Shown: positions 1 through 26,808 of the stretch, one piece after another
Position numbering within the stretch: the stretch's first letter is position 1
How the letters are laid out: each line of letters begins with the position of its first letter
NCBI GenBank assembly: GCA_002269645.1
Contig: NIVC01000696.1
Span: forward strand, 310,001-374,000
Direction: 5' to 3'
DNA: 64,000 bases
Source: Macrostomum lignano
Lineage: Eukaryota
Program-made: the position numbers and the translations under genes
Notes under the pieces: generated by a model
What the model saw: the letters and a program-made list of their open reading frames with translations, nothing else
What the model was told of the DNA's origin: nothing
Databases searched by the model: none

Positions 1-69
1 TTCATTGGATTGCAAACTCTGCTTCTAAAGGGCCTTTAGATTAAAAAAGTAACTTTCCATGGTACACTG

Positions 70-455
70 CTTAGCTATCAGACCCATCTCCCTTAGCTAC
101 CAGACCCATCTCCCTTAGCTACCAGACCCATCTCCCTTAGCTACCAGACCCATCTCCCTTAGCTACCAGACCCATCTTCCTTAGCTACCAGACCCTTAGC
201 AATCAGACCAATCTCCCTTAGCTACCAGACCCATCTCATTTAGCTACCAGACCCATCTCCCTTAGCTACCAGACCCATTTCCCTTCAGCTACCAGACCCA
301 TCTCCATTAGCTACCAGACCCATCTACCTTATCTATCAGACCCATCTCCCTTCGCTACCAGGCCCATCCCTTACAGTGTAGCTACCAGACCCATCTCCCT
401 CAGCAACGAGACCCATTTCCCTCAGCTACCAGACCTATCTCCCATAGCTACCATG
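70..455. repeat. Minisatellite, 22-bp unit TTAGCTACCAGACCCATCTCCC, about 17 degenerate copies
   Basis: Direct tandem repetition read from the sequence. Confidence 0.95.
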
Positions 456-689
456 CGCGTCTCACCAAGCTACCGATGCTGAATATTAAATAGCACGCAG
501 GCTCTGAAAGTTCTGCTACAGGTGATATAGGTGAAACCAATCATACAACTCCCATATAGAGATTTAGTGGTACAGGATATTACCAGTGAACTGTTCTAGC
601 GTAAGGCTAGAAAATATCTAAATTCGATCTGATTCAGGTCTGGATTCAGTTGGTCCGGCTTCCGGTTTCTTTGAGACAGACGGACAACC

Positions 690-1440
690 AGACCCAAACA
701 GGTGCATTAGACACAACCACACGAACAGGCAGATAAACAGACACAAACAGGTGCAATAGACACAACCATACGGACAGGCAGACAAACAGACACAAACGGG
801 TGAAATAGACACAACCATACGGACAGGCAGACAAACAGACACAAACGGGTGAAATAGACACAACCATACGGACAGGCGGACAAACAGACACAAACAGGTG
901 CAATAGACACAACCATACGGACAGGCAGACAAACAGACACCAACAGGTGCAATAGACAACCATACGGACAGACAGACAAACAGACACAAACGGGTTCAAT
1001 AGACACAACCATACGGACAGGCAGACAAAAGACACAAACAGGTGCAATAGACACAACCATACGGACAGACAGACAAACAGACACAATCAGGTGAAATAGA
1101 CACAACCATACGGACAGGCAGACAAACAGACACAAACAGGTGCAATAGACACAACCATACGGACAGACAGACAAACAGACACAATCAGGTGAAATAGACA
1201 CAACCATACGGACAGACAGACAAACAGACACAAACGGGTTCAATAGACACAACCATACGGACAGGCAGACAAACAGACACAAACAGGTGCAATAGACACA
1301 ACCATACGGACAGGCAGACAAACAGACACAAACAGGTGCAATAGACACAACCATACGGACAGGCAGACAAACAGACAAACGGGTTCAATAAACACAACCA
1401 TACGGACAGGCAGACAGACAGACAGACAGCGATGGATAAT
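690..1440. repeat. Minisatellite, 49-bp unit (GACAAACAGACACAAAC(A/G)GGTG(C/A)AATAGACACAACCATACGGACAGGCA), about 15 copies
   Basis: Unit spacing 781 to 830. It explains the repetitive CLFVCLSVWL ORFs on the minus strand. Confidence 0.95.
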
Positions 1441-1539
1441 GACTGATACGGACAGACAGGCACAGAAATAGATAGACAGACAGTACATGCTACTGCAAGT
1501 ATCCAATTGCTAACATCTGCTTTAGTCGCTAGATAAAGA

Positions 1540-1960
1540 ACCAGCGTGGGCGCCGAGTTCGTCTTTAAAAAAGCGGAGCTGTGCGCTGGCGCTGCCGCAC
1601 CGCAACTCCAGTTTCCGGTTGCCAGCGCTTGCATGACGACCGTCAGGGTCGGACCCGATTCGGTCGCAGCCCGGATCTTGTCGACTGTCAGGCCCTTCGG
1701 CGTGGCTGCCCGGACAACAGCGTTGAATAGTCGGGCCTCTGCGGCCTTGTCTTTGACGGGCAGCGGGTTGCGACTGAAGAGATCCGCCGGATTGTCCTCG
1801 CCCTTGCGGTAGTGCAGCCATCGTGTAGACATCGAATAGAACGTGAACTTCAGGCAGCCGAAATTTGACGCACAGGGCCTCGCGCTCAATCTGGCTGAAT
1901 GGCCGCTCCATGTCGCTGAGGGTTCGGCTCGCGTAAACCACCAAGCTGCAGGGATTACGG
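1540..1960 (-). mobile_element. Degenerate Ty3/Gypsy LTR-retrotransposon pol fragment (RNase H to integrase linker)
   Basis: Minus-strand frames give VVYASRTLSDMERPFSQIEREALCVKF and HYRKGEDNPADLFSRNPL, matching the Gypsy RNase H motifs YASR-L...YSQIE.EAL and Y.PG..N.AD.LSR. The motifs are split across frames, so the fragment is frameshifted. Confidence 0.85.
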
Positions 1961-2395
1961 TGTGCCAAGACACTAAAAGTGACAATCAAACTGAACCCAA
2001 AGCAGTTTTTGCGCTTCTGACACTAAACGACGCTTCTAACACTAGCTAGCAGACAACGTTTAAATCGCGGAAGCCCAGACTAGATTCTTTATACACCCTA
2101 GGGCTGTTGCAATAAAGCACTCACTCCTTAAGTGTTAGAGTCCAACTTCCTTTCATTCAGCGAATCAAAGCGACAGTGCAGTGGGAGCCAAGCATTCATG
2201 CTCGATTGGCCATTTTGCTGAAGCCTGATATCGCATACAGGCACGCGCTCACACAGGGTGTACAGCGACCCTGGCGTTCTCATCGTCAGGCATGTACACT
2301 CTCTGTGCAATGGGAGCTGGCCCTCATTGGCTCGGGGTTCGTGTATATGGGTTTAGGAGGTAAGGTTTAGGTTAGGATCAGGGTTCGGGTAAGGT

Positions 2396-3154
2396 TTTAG
2401 GGTCAGGGTAGGGGTAAGGGTTTAGGGTCAGGGTAGGGGTAAGGGTTTAGGGTCAGGGTAGGGGTAAGGGTTTAGGGTCAGGGTAGGGGTAAGGGTTTAG
2501 GGTCAGGGTAGGGGTAAGGGTTTAGGGTCAGGGTAGGGGTAAGGGTTTAGGGTCAGGGTAGGGGTAAGGGTTTAGGGTCAGGGTAGGGGTAAGGGTTTAG
2601 GGTCAGGGTAGGGGTAAGGGTTTAGGGTCAGGGTAGGGGTAAGGGTTTAGGGTCAGGGTAGGGGTAAGGGTTTAGGGTCAGGGTAGGGGTAAGGGTTTAG
2701 GGTCAGGGTAGGGGTAAGGGTTTAGGGTCAGGGTAGGGGTAAGGGTTTAGGGTCAGGGTAGGGGTAAGGGTTTAGGGTCAGGGTAGGGGTAAGGGTTTAG
2801 GGTCAGGGTAGGGGTAAGGGTTTAGGGTCAGGGTAGGGGTAAGGGTTTAGGGTCAGGGTAGGGGTAAGGGTTTAGGGTCAGGGTAGGGGTAAGGGTTTAG
2901 GGTCAGGGTAGGGGTAAGGGTTTAGGGTCAGGGTAGGGGTAAGGGTTTAGGGTCAGGGTAGGGGTAAGGGTTTAGGGTCAGGGTAGGGGTAAGGGTTTAG
3001 GGTCAGGGTAGGGGTAAGGGTTTAGGGTCAGGGTAGGGGTAAGGGTTTAGGGTCAGGGTAGGGGTAAGGGTTTAGGGTCAGGGTAGGGGTAAGGGTTTAG
3101 GGTCAGGGTAGGGGTAAGGGTTTAGGGTCAGGGTAGGGGTAAGGGTTTAGGGTC
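2396..3154 (+). repeat. Telomere-like G-rich satellite, 30 perfect copies of the 25-bp unit TTTAGGGTCAGGGTAGGGGTAAGGG
   Basis: 2396 to 3146 is 750 bp, or 30 x 25. Each unit has four G-tracts, all variants of TTAGGG. Confidence 0.95.
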
Positions 3155-3269
3155 GGCAGTCAAATGGCTGGCAGTCGATTCGCGGCAGTCAATTATTGTA
3201 GATCCGCTCGATTTGTGCATTCCCGCAGTGCCGCTGTGTCTCTGCAGCATTTCAATCGTGCAGCTTTGA

Positions 3270-3914
3270 GAAGCAGCTTCTGAACACCTGAGTCTGAAAC
3301 GGAAGCCAACGAGAAAGACCCAGGCATCGAGCATTCCAGGGGAGGCGCAGTTCGTTAACAGACGGACCTCGACCCCCTCTCGGCTAGACGGCATGTCCGC
3401 CGCCCGGACACTCGGACAGGGGAGGCAGGACAGGCAGCGCCTGCCGAGGCGCCAGCCAATGAAGCCGGCCGGCAGCAGCGATGTGGCAGAGCCAGTGGCG
3501 GGGAGGCTGGGCCCTGGGCCGGGGCATCCGGGAGCAGAGATATTCGCCACTCGAGCCTCCGCGGCCCTGCTGGAACCTGGCAGTTGCGAATCCAGCAGCG
3601 GCAGTCGCAAAGAGCACGCAGCGGCCTCAGGCCTCGACGCCGCCCCCGATGCTCGCGTGCCGCTGTCGCCTTCGTCCGAGGCGTTGACCCAGTCAACCAC
3701 TGACGAGCCGCCCTCGCCAGCGTCGCTTTTGCCGCTGGACTCTCAGGCCGTTTTGGATCGGCTCAGGAGGGTCGGGTTCGCCACCGGCATGTCGGGTGAG
3801 GCCATGAGAATTTTCTCATTGTTTTATCGTGCGTCTGAGAGCAACGCATGCCTAATAGAGGGCAGGGCATTCATTGATTATAATCTTAAAAGTAGGCCCA
3901 GTGATGTTAGATAA
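3270..3914 (+). other. GC-rich open frame of unknown nature (possible exon or TE-derived)
   Basis: Stop-free from 3270 to 3914 (ORF track 3393..3914). No family motif recognised. Confidence 0.25.
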
Positions 3915-3924
3915 AGTCATCTAG

Positions 3925-5912
3925 GATATAATTAGACATATAGGATGCCACACCTCAGATCTAGGATGCCACACCTCACATATAGGATGCCACACCTCAG
4001 ATCTAGGATGCCACACCTCACATCTAGGATATCACACCTCAGATCTAGGATGCCACACCTCATATCTAGGATGCCACACCTCAAATCTAGGATACCACAC
4101 CTCAGATCTAGGATGCCACACCTCACATCTAGGATGCCACACCTCACATCTAGGATGCCACACCTCACATCTAGGATGCCACACCTCATATCTAGGATAT
4201 CACACCTCACATCTAGGATATCACACCTCACATCTAGGATGCCACACCTCAGATCTAGGATGCCACACCTCACATCTAGGATATCACACCTCAGATCTAG
4301 ACCTCATATCTAGGATATCACACCTCAGATCTAGGATGCCACACCTCAGATATAGGATGCCACACCTCACATCTAGGATGCCACACCTCACATCTAGGAT
4401 ACCACACCTCATATCTAGGATGCCACACCTCACATCTAGGATATCACACCTCACATCTAGGATGCCACACCTCAGATCTAGGATGCCACACCTCACATCT
4501 AGGATATCACACTTCAGATCTAGGATGCCACACCTCATATCTAGTATGCAACACCTCACATCTAGGATGCCACACCTCATATCTAGTATGCAACACCTCA
4601 GATCTAGGATGCCACACCTCATATCTAGGATATCACACCTCAGATCTAGACCTCAGATCTAGGATATCACACCTCAGATCTAGGATATCACACCTCAGAT
4701 CTAGGATGCCACACCTCATATCTAGGTATCACACCTCAGATCTAGATCTAGATCTAGTATCACACCTCTAGATCTAGGATATCACACCTCAGATCTAGGA
4801 TGCCACACCTCACATCTAGGATATCACACCTCAGATCTAGACCTCATATCTAGGATATCACACCTCAGATCTAGGATGCCACACCTCAGATCTAGGATGC
4901 CACACCTCACATCTAGGATGCCACACCTCACATCTAGGATACCACACCTCATATCTAGGATGCCACACCTCACATCTAGGATATCACACCTCACATCTAG
5001 GATGCCACACCTCAGATCTAGGATGCCACACCTCACATCTAGGATATCACACTTCAGATCTAGGATGCCACACCTCATATCTAGTATGCAACACCTCAGA
5101 TCTAGGATGCCACACCTCATATCTAGGATATCACACCTCAGATCTAGACCTCAGATCTAGGATATCACACCTCAGATCTAGGATATCACACCTCAGATCT
5201 AGGATATCACACCTCAGATCTAGGATATCACACCTCAGATCTAGGATGCCACACCTCATATCTAGGTATCACACCTCAGATCTAGACCTCAGATCTAGGA
5301 TATCACACCTCAGATCTAGGATGCCACACCTCATATCTAGGATATCACACCTCAGATCTAGACCTCAGATCTAGGATATCACACCTCAGATCTAGGATGC
5401 CACACCTCATATCTAGGTATCACACCTCAGATCTAGGATACCACACCTCATATCTAGGATATCACACCTCAGATCTAGACCTCATATCTAGGATATCACA
5501 CCTCAGATCTAGGATGCCACACCTCATATCTAGGTATCACACCTCAGATCTAGAATATCACACCTCAGATCTAAAATATCACACCTCAGATCTAGGATAT
5601 CACACCTCAGATCTAGAATATCACACCTCAGATCTAAAATATCACACCTCAGATCTAGGATATCACACCTCAGATCTAGAATATCACACCTCAGATCTAG
5701 GATATCACACCTCAGATCTAGAATATCACACCTCAGATCTAGAATATCACACCTCAGATCTAGGATGTCGCACCTCAGATCTAGAATGTCACACCTCAGA
5801 TCTAGAATGTCACACCTCAGATCTAGAATATCACACCTCAGATCTAGGATGTCGCACCTCAGATCTAGAATGTCACACCTCAGATCTAGAATGTCACACC
5901 TCAGATCTAGAA
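3925..5912. repeat. Minisatellite, 21-bp unit (ATCTAGGATGCCACACCTCAG and variants), about 2 kb
   Basis: Direct tandem repetition. It generates the MPHLRSR and CDILDLR repeat ORFs. Confidence 0.95.
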
Positions 5913-6777
5913 ATGTCAATACTATTTTTCTGACCTTCTAGTATTTCAAAAGCAAGTCCAGCAAGAACTTCTCAAAAGTGTGTTGCTTCCAATTCAGGGG
6001 GCAGTTCGAGAATCACAAGCTACAGCAAATTCTGGAAAAAGTGCTCCTGTAGAATCAAAAGAAAAATGACATTTTCATAGAAAATTAGATTAACTTCCCA
6101 GTGCCGGCACTCGTATAAAGCATTCACGTATAGTTGCAATTGCAAATTAGTCAAAGTAGACAGTCAACTAGGCCTTAAAAATGAGCATTTTTGGCTGCTA
6201 CTCATCAAGCCTTAACAATGGGCAGCTATAAAAAAAACTTCTTAAGCGTTCCTTCGTTCCGGCTGACGGTAGCAATACCTGGCACTGACCTATGCAGACC
6301 ACTGCTGCACACAGGAGAACTGCAGCATGCGTCAGCTCCAAATCGTCTCCAATTTCTGCTAAAAAATTCCTCAGTGTCCCATTGTCTCTCAGCCGCCGCG
6401 CAGTCTATTATTGATGAAGATGAGCACAATGCAGGGACGCAGTCTCTCACTGGAGTGAGTTTAACCAGGCAGTGCAGCGGGGCCTGTTGCGTGGGTAGAC
6501 AGCGGCTGCCTCCCTTCCTTACTGCAGCAGCCAACCCCAAAACTTTTGTCTGCATAAAAGGCTTGTTTTGACAAGTATTGATCCACTCCGTGCTTAGTAG
6601 GAGAGGCATCTCTGGCCGCACAGGCTGGGAACTTGAGTAGCAGCTCACAGACTGAGGCATTTGCAAACTGCTTATATACTCGGCTCGGGGCAAGGTGAGT
6701 CTAAGGCGCTTCTCTACGCGATTTGCGTCAAAGATAAAATGAGCTGACTAATTCTCACTCCGCACTTCAATATCAAA

Positions 6778-7066
6778 GGCGGTTGTAGTCTAGTGGTTAG
6801 GGCGTCGGACTCACTATTGAAAGGTCGGGGGTTCGATTCTCGACCCACTCGGAACAATTTGTGTCCTTGAGCAAGACACTTAACTCTGCATTGCTTCAGT
6901 TCACCCAGCTGTAAAATGGGTGCCAGCATTAGCTGGGGTAATTGAGGGTGTGTGGCGACCCCCCAGTTCTTGGACTGAACAGCCGTACGCAGCCTTCCGA
7001 TGCGCCGCGCAATAGCTGCGGCTGAGCTGTCGGTTGCACATCTGCTCATTAGGGCAGGTGTAATCA
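6778..7066 (+). mobile_element. tRNA-derived SINE with a CORE (MIR-like) central domain
   Basis: Pol III A box TAGTCTAGTGG and B box GGTTCGATTCT, followed by TGTGTCCTTGAGCAAGACACTTAAC...CAGTTCACCCAGCTGTAAAATGGG, which aligns by eye to the MIR CORE (TGTGACCTTGGGCAAGTCACTTAAC...CAGTTTCCTCATCTGTAAAATGGG). A second copy lies at 46171-46437. Confidence 0.85.
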
Positions 7067-8074
7067 GTTATCATTATTCAAAATCATGCAAAGGCATGAA
7101 TTTCTCAGTAGACTTTCTGCATCAGCACTTAAGCCTATAACTATATGCGAGCTATGACTGACCATTTTCTCCGTTACCACTCACTAAGACATTAGATTGA
7201 TAAAAATTGTGAAACCAGCTCGGAAGAGGTACATAGTTTGGAATCCGGAAGTCCCGAAGGTGGTACAGATTGTCAGTTTAGTGCAAGAGTCTTGGTCAAT
7301 GCATATGAGATCGAAACTCGCACTAGTTTTAATTGCCGCTTCTTTCTGCTAGAGTAGTCTCTTGAGCTGCTCAGCGTTTCTGTTACTGCGCCGCCAGTTT
7401 GACATCCGGTACGTTTGAGATTATTTTTTACTGCGACAAATTCCTGAGGCCACCCATCGGAACGCTGTGAAGCGCATCGTGTACTTGATAAAGCTAATAG
7501 TTGGATAATGAATCAATTGATTGCAAATAATTGGCCACATCCAGAGAAACTTCATATTCTGTGAAAGTCCAGCTTGTGCAGTTCACCCAGCTGGGTACGC
7601 CAGAATGCACAGATAGGAGAGAGAGAGGGGGGAGAGACTGGGCAATCAATGAGAGTAGAATATAACCCTCAGCCATCAGCTCAGAGATTGCCTGCCTGCG
7701 GGCATTGATTACCGGGAGTACGGCCGGGTCTTCGCCGGGAGGGTGTGTGACCGAGATATGATTAAGTGGCTGCAGCAGCCGCAAGCCCGCGACCTCCGAG
7801 CTCATCAGGAGGGACGCAGCTTCAAGCTGAGGACCTGAGGGCCCGCATCAGCTTAGACTGGGCCCTGATTGCCACTCTCAGCTCAACGAGACCGGTGGGA
7901 AATAAAAGAATGAGAAAATTCTCGATTGAAAATTGGGATAAAAAGACGCTTAGTGATGCAAAATATAATCCTTAAAATACCTTATTGAGTACTTTTTCAT
8001 CCAGTGAGTTTAGCCTTTAGTTATTTACTCGAACAGATTGTATACCAGTACTGGCCCTTTCCTCAGTGCATCTC

Positions 8075-8910
8075 CGAGTGAACTATGCCATGATTAGTGT
8101 CTTGTTTCCCAGTGCATTTCCGAGTGAACTATGCCATGATTAGTGTCTTGTTTCCCAGTGCATTTCCGAGTGAACTATGCCATGATTAGTGTCCCGTTTG
8201 CCAGTGCATCTCCGATTGAACTATGTCATGATTAGTGTCTTGTTTCCCAGTGCATTTCCGAGTGAACTATGTCATGATTAGTGTCTTGTTTCCCAGTGCA
8301 TTTCCGAGTGAACTATGCCATGATTAGTGTCCCGTTTGCCAGTGCATCTCCGATTGAACTATGTCATGATTAGTGTCTTGTTTCCCAGTGCATTTCCGAG
8401 TGAACTATGCCATGATTAGTGTCCCGTTTCCCAGTGCATTTCCGAGTGAACTATGTCATGATTAGTGTCCCGTTTGCCAGTGCATTTCCGAGTGAACTAT
8501 GTCATGATTAGTGTCTTGTTTCCCAGTGCATTTCCGAGTGAACTATGCCATGATTAGTGTCCCGTTTGCCAGTGCATTTCCGAGTGAACTATGTCATGAT
8601 TAGTGTCCCGTTTGCCAGTGCATTTCCGAGTGAACTATGCCATGATTAGTGTCCCGTTTGCCAGTGCATTTCCGAGTGAACTATGTCATGATTAGTGTCT
8701 TGTTTCCCAGTGCATTTCCGAGTGAACTATGTCATGATTAGTGTCCCGTTTCCCAGTGCATTTCCGAGTGAACTATGTCATGAGTAGTGTCCCGTTTGCC
8801 AGTGCATTTCCGAGTGAACTATGCCATGATTAGTGTCCCGTTTCCCAGTGCATTTCCGAGTGAACTATGTCATGATTAGTGTCCCGTTTCCCAGTGCATT
8901 TCCGAGTGAA
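8075..8910. repeat. Minisatellite, 46-bp unit CCAGTGCATTTCCGAGTGAACTATG(C/T)CATGATTAGTGTC(TT/CC)GTTT(C/G), about 18 copies
   Basis: Unit spacing 8101 to 8147. Confidence 0.95.
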
Positions 8911-10139
8911 CTTTTTCTTGATTAATTTCCCGTTTAACTTTGAAAAGTTGCCTGAAGTAATTTGCCAATAGTACTGCCTCTGGGGACCTGGTTCAGCCGC
9001 TAGTCAACATGTAATCGGACAAAACATTCTGAAATCGTTTTCCCACCAAAAGGAATTTGTCTCCCGGCCAGGCCCCAATTTGCAGACTTTGAATGCCGCG
9101 AGGTCGAGAGGTTGGGATTGGTGTCTCTGGAGGCCCGCGCCTCTCCGCGGCCGGCAGCCATTTCTTCCTTCTTGAAATGCAAAAATCAATAATTGTCTGA
9201 GCCGCAGTTGGAATGAGCATGAGCTCTGAGTGGGGCAGGGATAGCGAATGAGAATCGGGTCCTTCCCCCCCAGCGCCAGTGAGAGAGCCGCCTGGGGTTG
9301 CTGGCATGGTGCTTGTCTGCATCCAGGGCGGGAAGGTACTAATACTACATGTGGGTGGCAGTGCAGCACAAGCTCAGCACCCATCCTGGCTTTCCTTTGA
9401 AGGAGACAAAGCAGCATTCTTTTCTGGGCTGGGACGTCTGGGCCGCGTTTGTTCGTGACCGGCCTCGCTCGCGGCCGTGAGGCAAACTTAAACTCTTCCA
9501 AGGAAAAATAGGTATGAGGAGTGATTAGTGAGCGATTGCGATTTTGTTCTCTAGGATCTGTAGAGTTCTGTTTTCTTATTAAAGTACCAGCCATAAAAAG
9601 CACTGCAACCCTCCTTCACGTCCTTAGTTTGCTAGCTAATTTGGCTCTGAAATTGCAAAGTGCAAACCCGTGAGTTGCCCGCGGCGATGGGCTTGGGTTT
9701 GAGACAGATTTTTCCTTCATTTCCCAGGCCATCATCTGCTCAGCGCCGAGGCTACCAGCAATTCCCTGACTCCTCAAATCTTCATCCTCATTTTCCCTTC
9801 CGCACGGGAAAATTCCCCCCCGCGTGCGTCCTCTCGAAATCCACGTCCAGCCCCCAGATTCAGGCGAAAAAAGCGAGTGAAAGAACTCGAGAAAGACACA
9901 CAAAGGGCACGTTTTGCAGGCAAATGAAAAAATCCGGCTTACGAGCGGACTCGCAGCAGGAGAGTCGGAGAGTGCATGCCTATAGGAAGCTGCCTGGGAT
10001 CTCGAAATGCTGGGGAACATTTCTGCTTTTCCTGATCGCATTGCCACCCCAGGCTGTTGAACTGGAATTCCTTTCCTCTGAAATGTGCTTCTTTTGCCTT
10101 GCCAGCGGTTTCCCCTATACAGTGCTACAATGCTAGGCC

Positions 10140-10415
10140 ACAGTTGCTGACAATGCTGGGTATAGTTGCTGACAATGCTGGGTATAGTTGCTGACAATTC
10201 TGGGTATAGTTGCTGACACTGCTGGATATAGTTGCTGACACTGCTGGGTATAGTTGCTGACACTGCAGGGTATAGTTTCTGATAATGCTGGATATAGTTG
10301 CTGACATTGCTGGGTATAGTTGCCGACAATGCTGGGTCACATTTGCTGACAGTGCTGGGTCACATTTGCTGACAGTGCTGGGTATAGTTGCTGACAGTGC
10401 TGGGCCACAGTTGCT
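10140..10415. repeat. Minisatellite, 22-bp unit GTTGCTGACAATGCTGGGTATA, about 12 copies
   Basis: Direct tandem repetition. Confidence 0.9.
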
Positions 10416-10714
10416 GAGAGTACTGGGTAGTCAGGGAGCGCAAACTGAGTCTCCTGTCAAACACGTGCAACTCCTCAGACCCGGAGAATCAGAAACTGTT
10501 CGCAAGCGAGCCGCAGGCAGATCGGCAGGCAGAGCAGCAGTCGAAGGTCACCGGGACTGCCGCGGACCCCCGCGAGGGCAGCATAGAAGGTGGCAGCCCT
10601 GACAGATGGCCGGCAGATGACGGGAACTGCGTGCGCAGCGCCACAGACTCAGCAGAGCAGCCGGCCATCGGACTGAAGAAGCTGGGCGGCAGTCTGCGGC
10701 ACAGCAAGCCCAGA

Positions 10715-25405
<14,691 letters not shown>

Positions 25406-26808
25406 TTTTATATTTCCTTCCGTCGCGTCTCTACCTTCCTCATTGCGAATGACTCAACGAGAGATGTCTGCATGTACAACGAGAAACTCTTGGTGTGCCC
25501 AAGGAGCTTTGAGTCCAAGGACGATTTTTTCTACTCAGTTTCGTCTACGCGAAGATGACAAAAACTAAACGATGGACAAATGCTTCACCGCCTCAGTGAT
25601 TTCTCAAAAGCCACCATTTGTAGAACAGCCGCACATTATTGATAGGACTCTGGGTTTCTTCTTGGCTTTCCTCTAAAATTCTCACTCTACTGACTGATTT
25701 TCCAGTAAAAACTCGTTTATATTCCTATGTGTGAAGCGCATTAAATTAGATGTGAACTTCTTTGCAAGAATATACTGAGAGTAACAAACGAGGTTGAAGC
25801 GCTGTCTCAGAGGTAGCATTTTCCACTGAAATTTATACATGCTTGAATACTCAGAGGATATAAAATCTGTGCTCAAACCAGTTTACTTCAGCAATTGGTT
25901 AAAACATCAAATTAATATCACTGTGCAAATATCAACTTCAAATCGTGCAGGTATGCGAGTACCATCGTGAATATGTGCTGCAAATAAATAGATGGATATA
26001 AAATGAACGAGTGCCAAGCTGGTAGGGATTAAAATATTGTTCGCAAACATATTGTGCACTAAGTTGAGAAAACCAAGTCTTCAAAATAATCGTACTAAGG
26101 TTAGCTTATTAATGGGCAAGTTTGCTACATAACTACGAAGATGTGCTTCGGTGCAAAGCAAGCTAATGTTATAGCAGAGGAATAATTAAAACTTCCATCC
26201 ACTCCAATCCACTGGGAGTTCGTGGAGAGCATCGAGTCTACAAAGAGCATTGAGAGCCAATGCCTGCCGCTGGTGTTGTCAAATTGCCAAATACAATACC
26301 AGAGTCAGCTATTCATAACAAACGGACGCAAGGAAAAGATGCTGCCAGATGGTAGAAGCCGCGCAGGTCACAGGCATGTAATAGTGTGCATACCTGACTA
26401 AATGTGAGCGGTTTCATTCAGCAAAACTTCAAAGTACTCTCGTATATGCATGTGAAATATGGGACATGTCAAATCTTATCTCGCTGTGAGTTCATCTTGC
26501 TCTGCAGTCCTGCACTCAGTCTCAACTAGCAGTTGGACATAAATTTGTAATAAATTTTGCTTCAGTATTCACTTTGTTTTTGATCCGGGAGATTGAAAAG
26601 TCCTAATAAGGCCTACAAAAACTAGGGGTGACAAAGCTTTGTAAATTTCCTTACTTTAGAGATCAACTTTCGGTCAAGAGCGTTTCAAAACCCCCCTGAG
26701 GATTAAAGATTGGTTCTTCACTGATTTTGAGATGCATGAGTCAGAATCAAATGTCTCTGCTAATTTCAAGCCTGCAAACCAGGAGTCGATAGTTCTCCAC
26801 ACTGGCGG

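Noticed and set aside
618-1506. Cys/Val-rich repeat ORFs
   Set aside because: Artefacts of the 49-bp minisatellite. The same applies to ORFs over the 21-, 27-, 31-, 32-, 34- and 58-bp arrays.
6778-6852. Possible tRNA gene
   Set aside because: A and B boxes are present but there is no clean cloverleaf, and the sequence continues into a SINE body that has a second copy.
8075-8910. CRISPR-like regular repeats (also the other arrays)
   Set aside because: Units are head-to-tail with no unique spacers, there are no cas genes, and the context is eukaryotic.
7494-9603. Minus-strand ORFs at 7494-7805, 8993-9322 and 9004-9603
   Set aside because: No recognisable motifs and no consistent splice chain found. 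They may be decayed TE or non-coding sequence.
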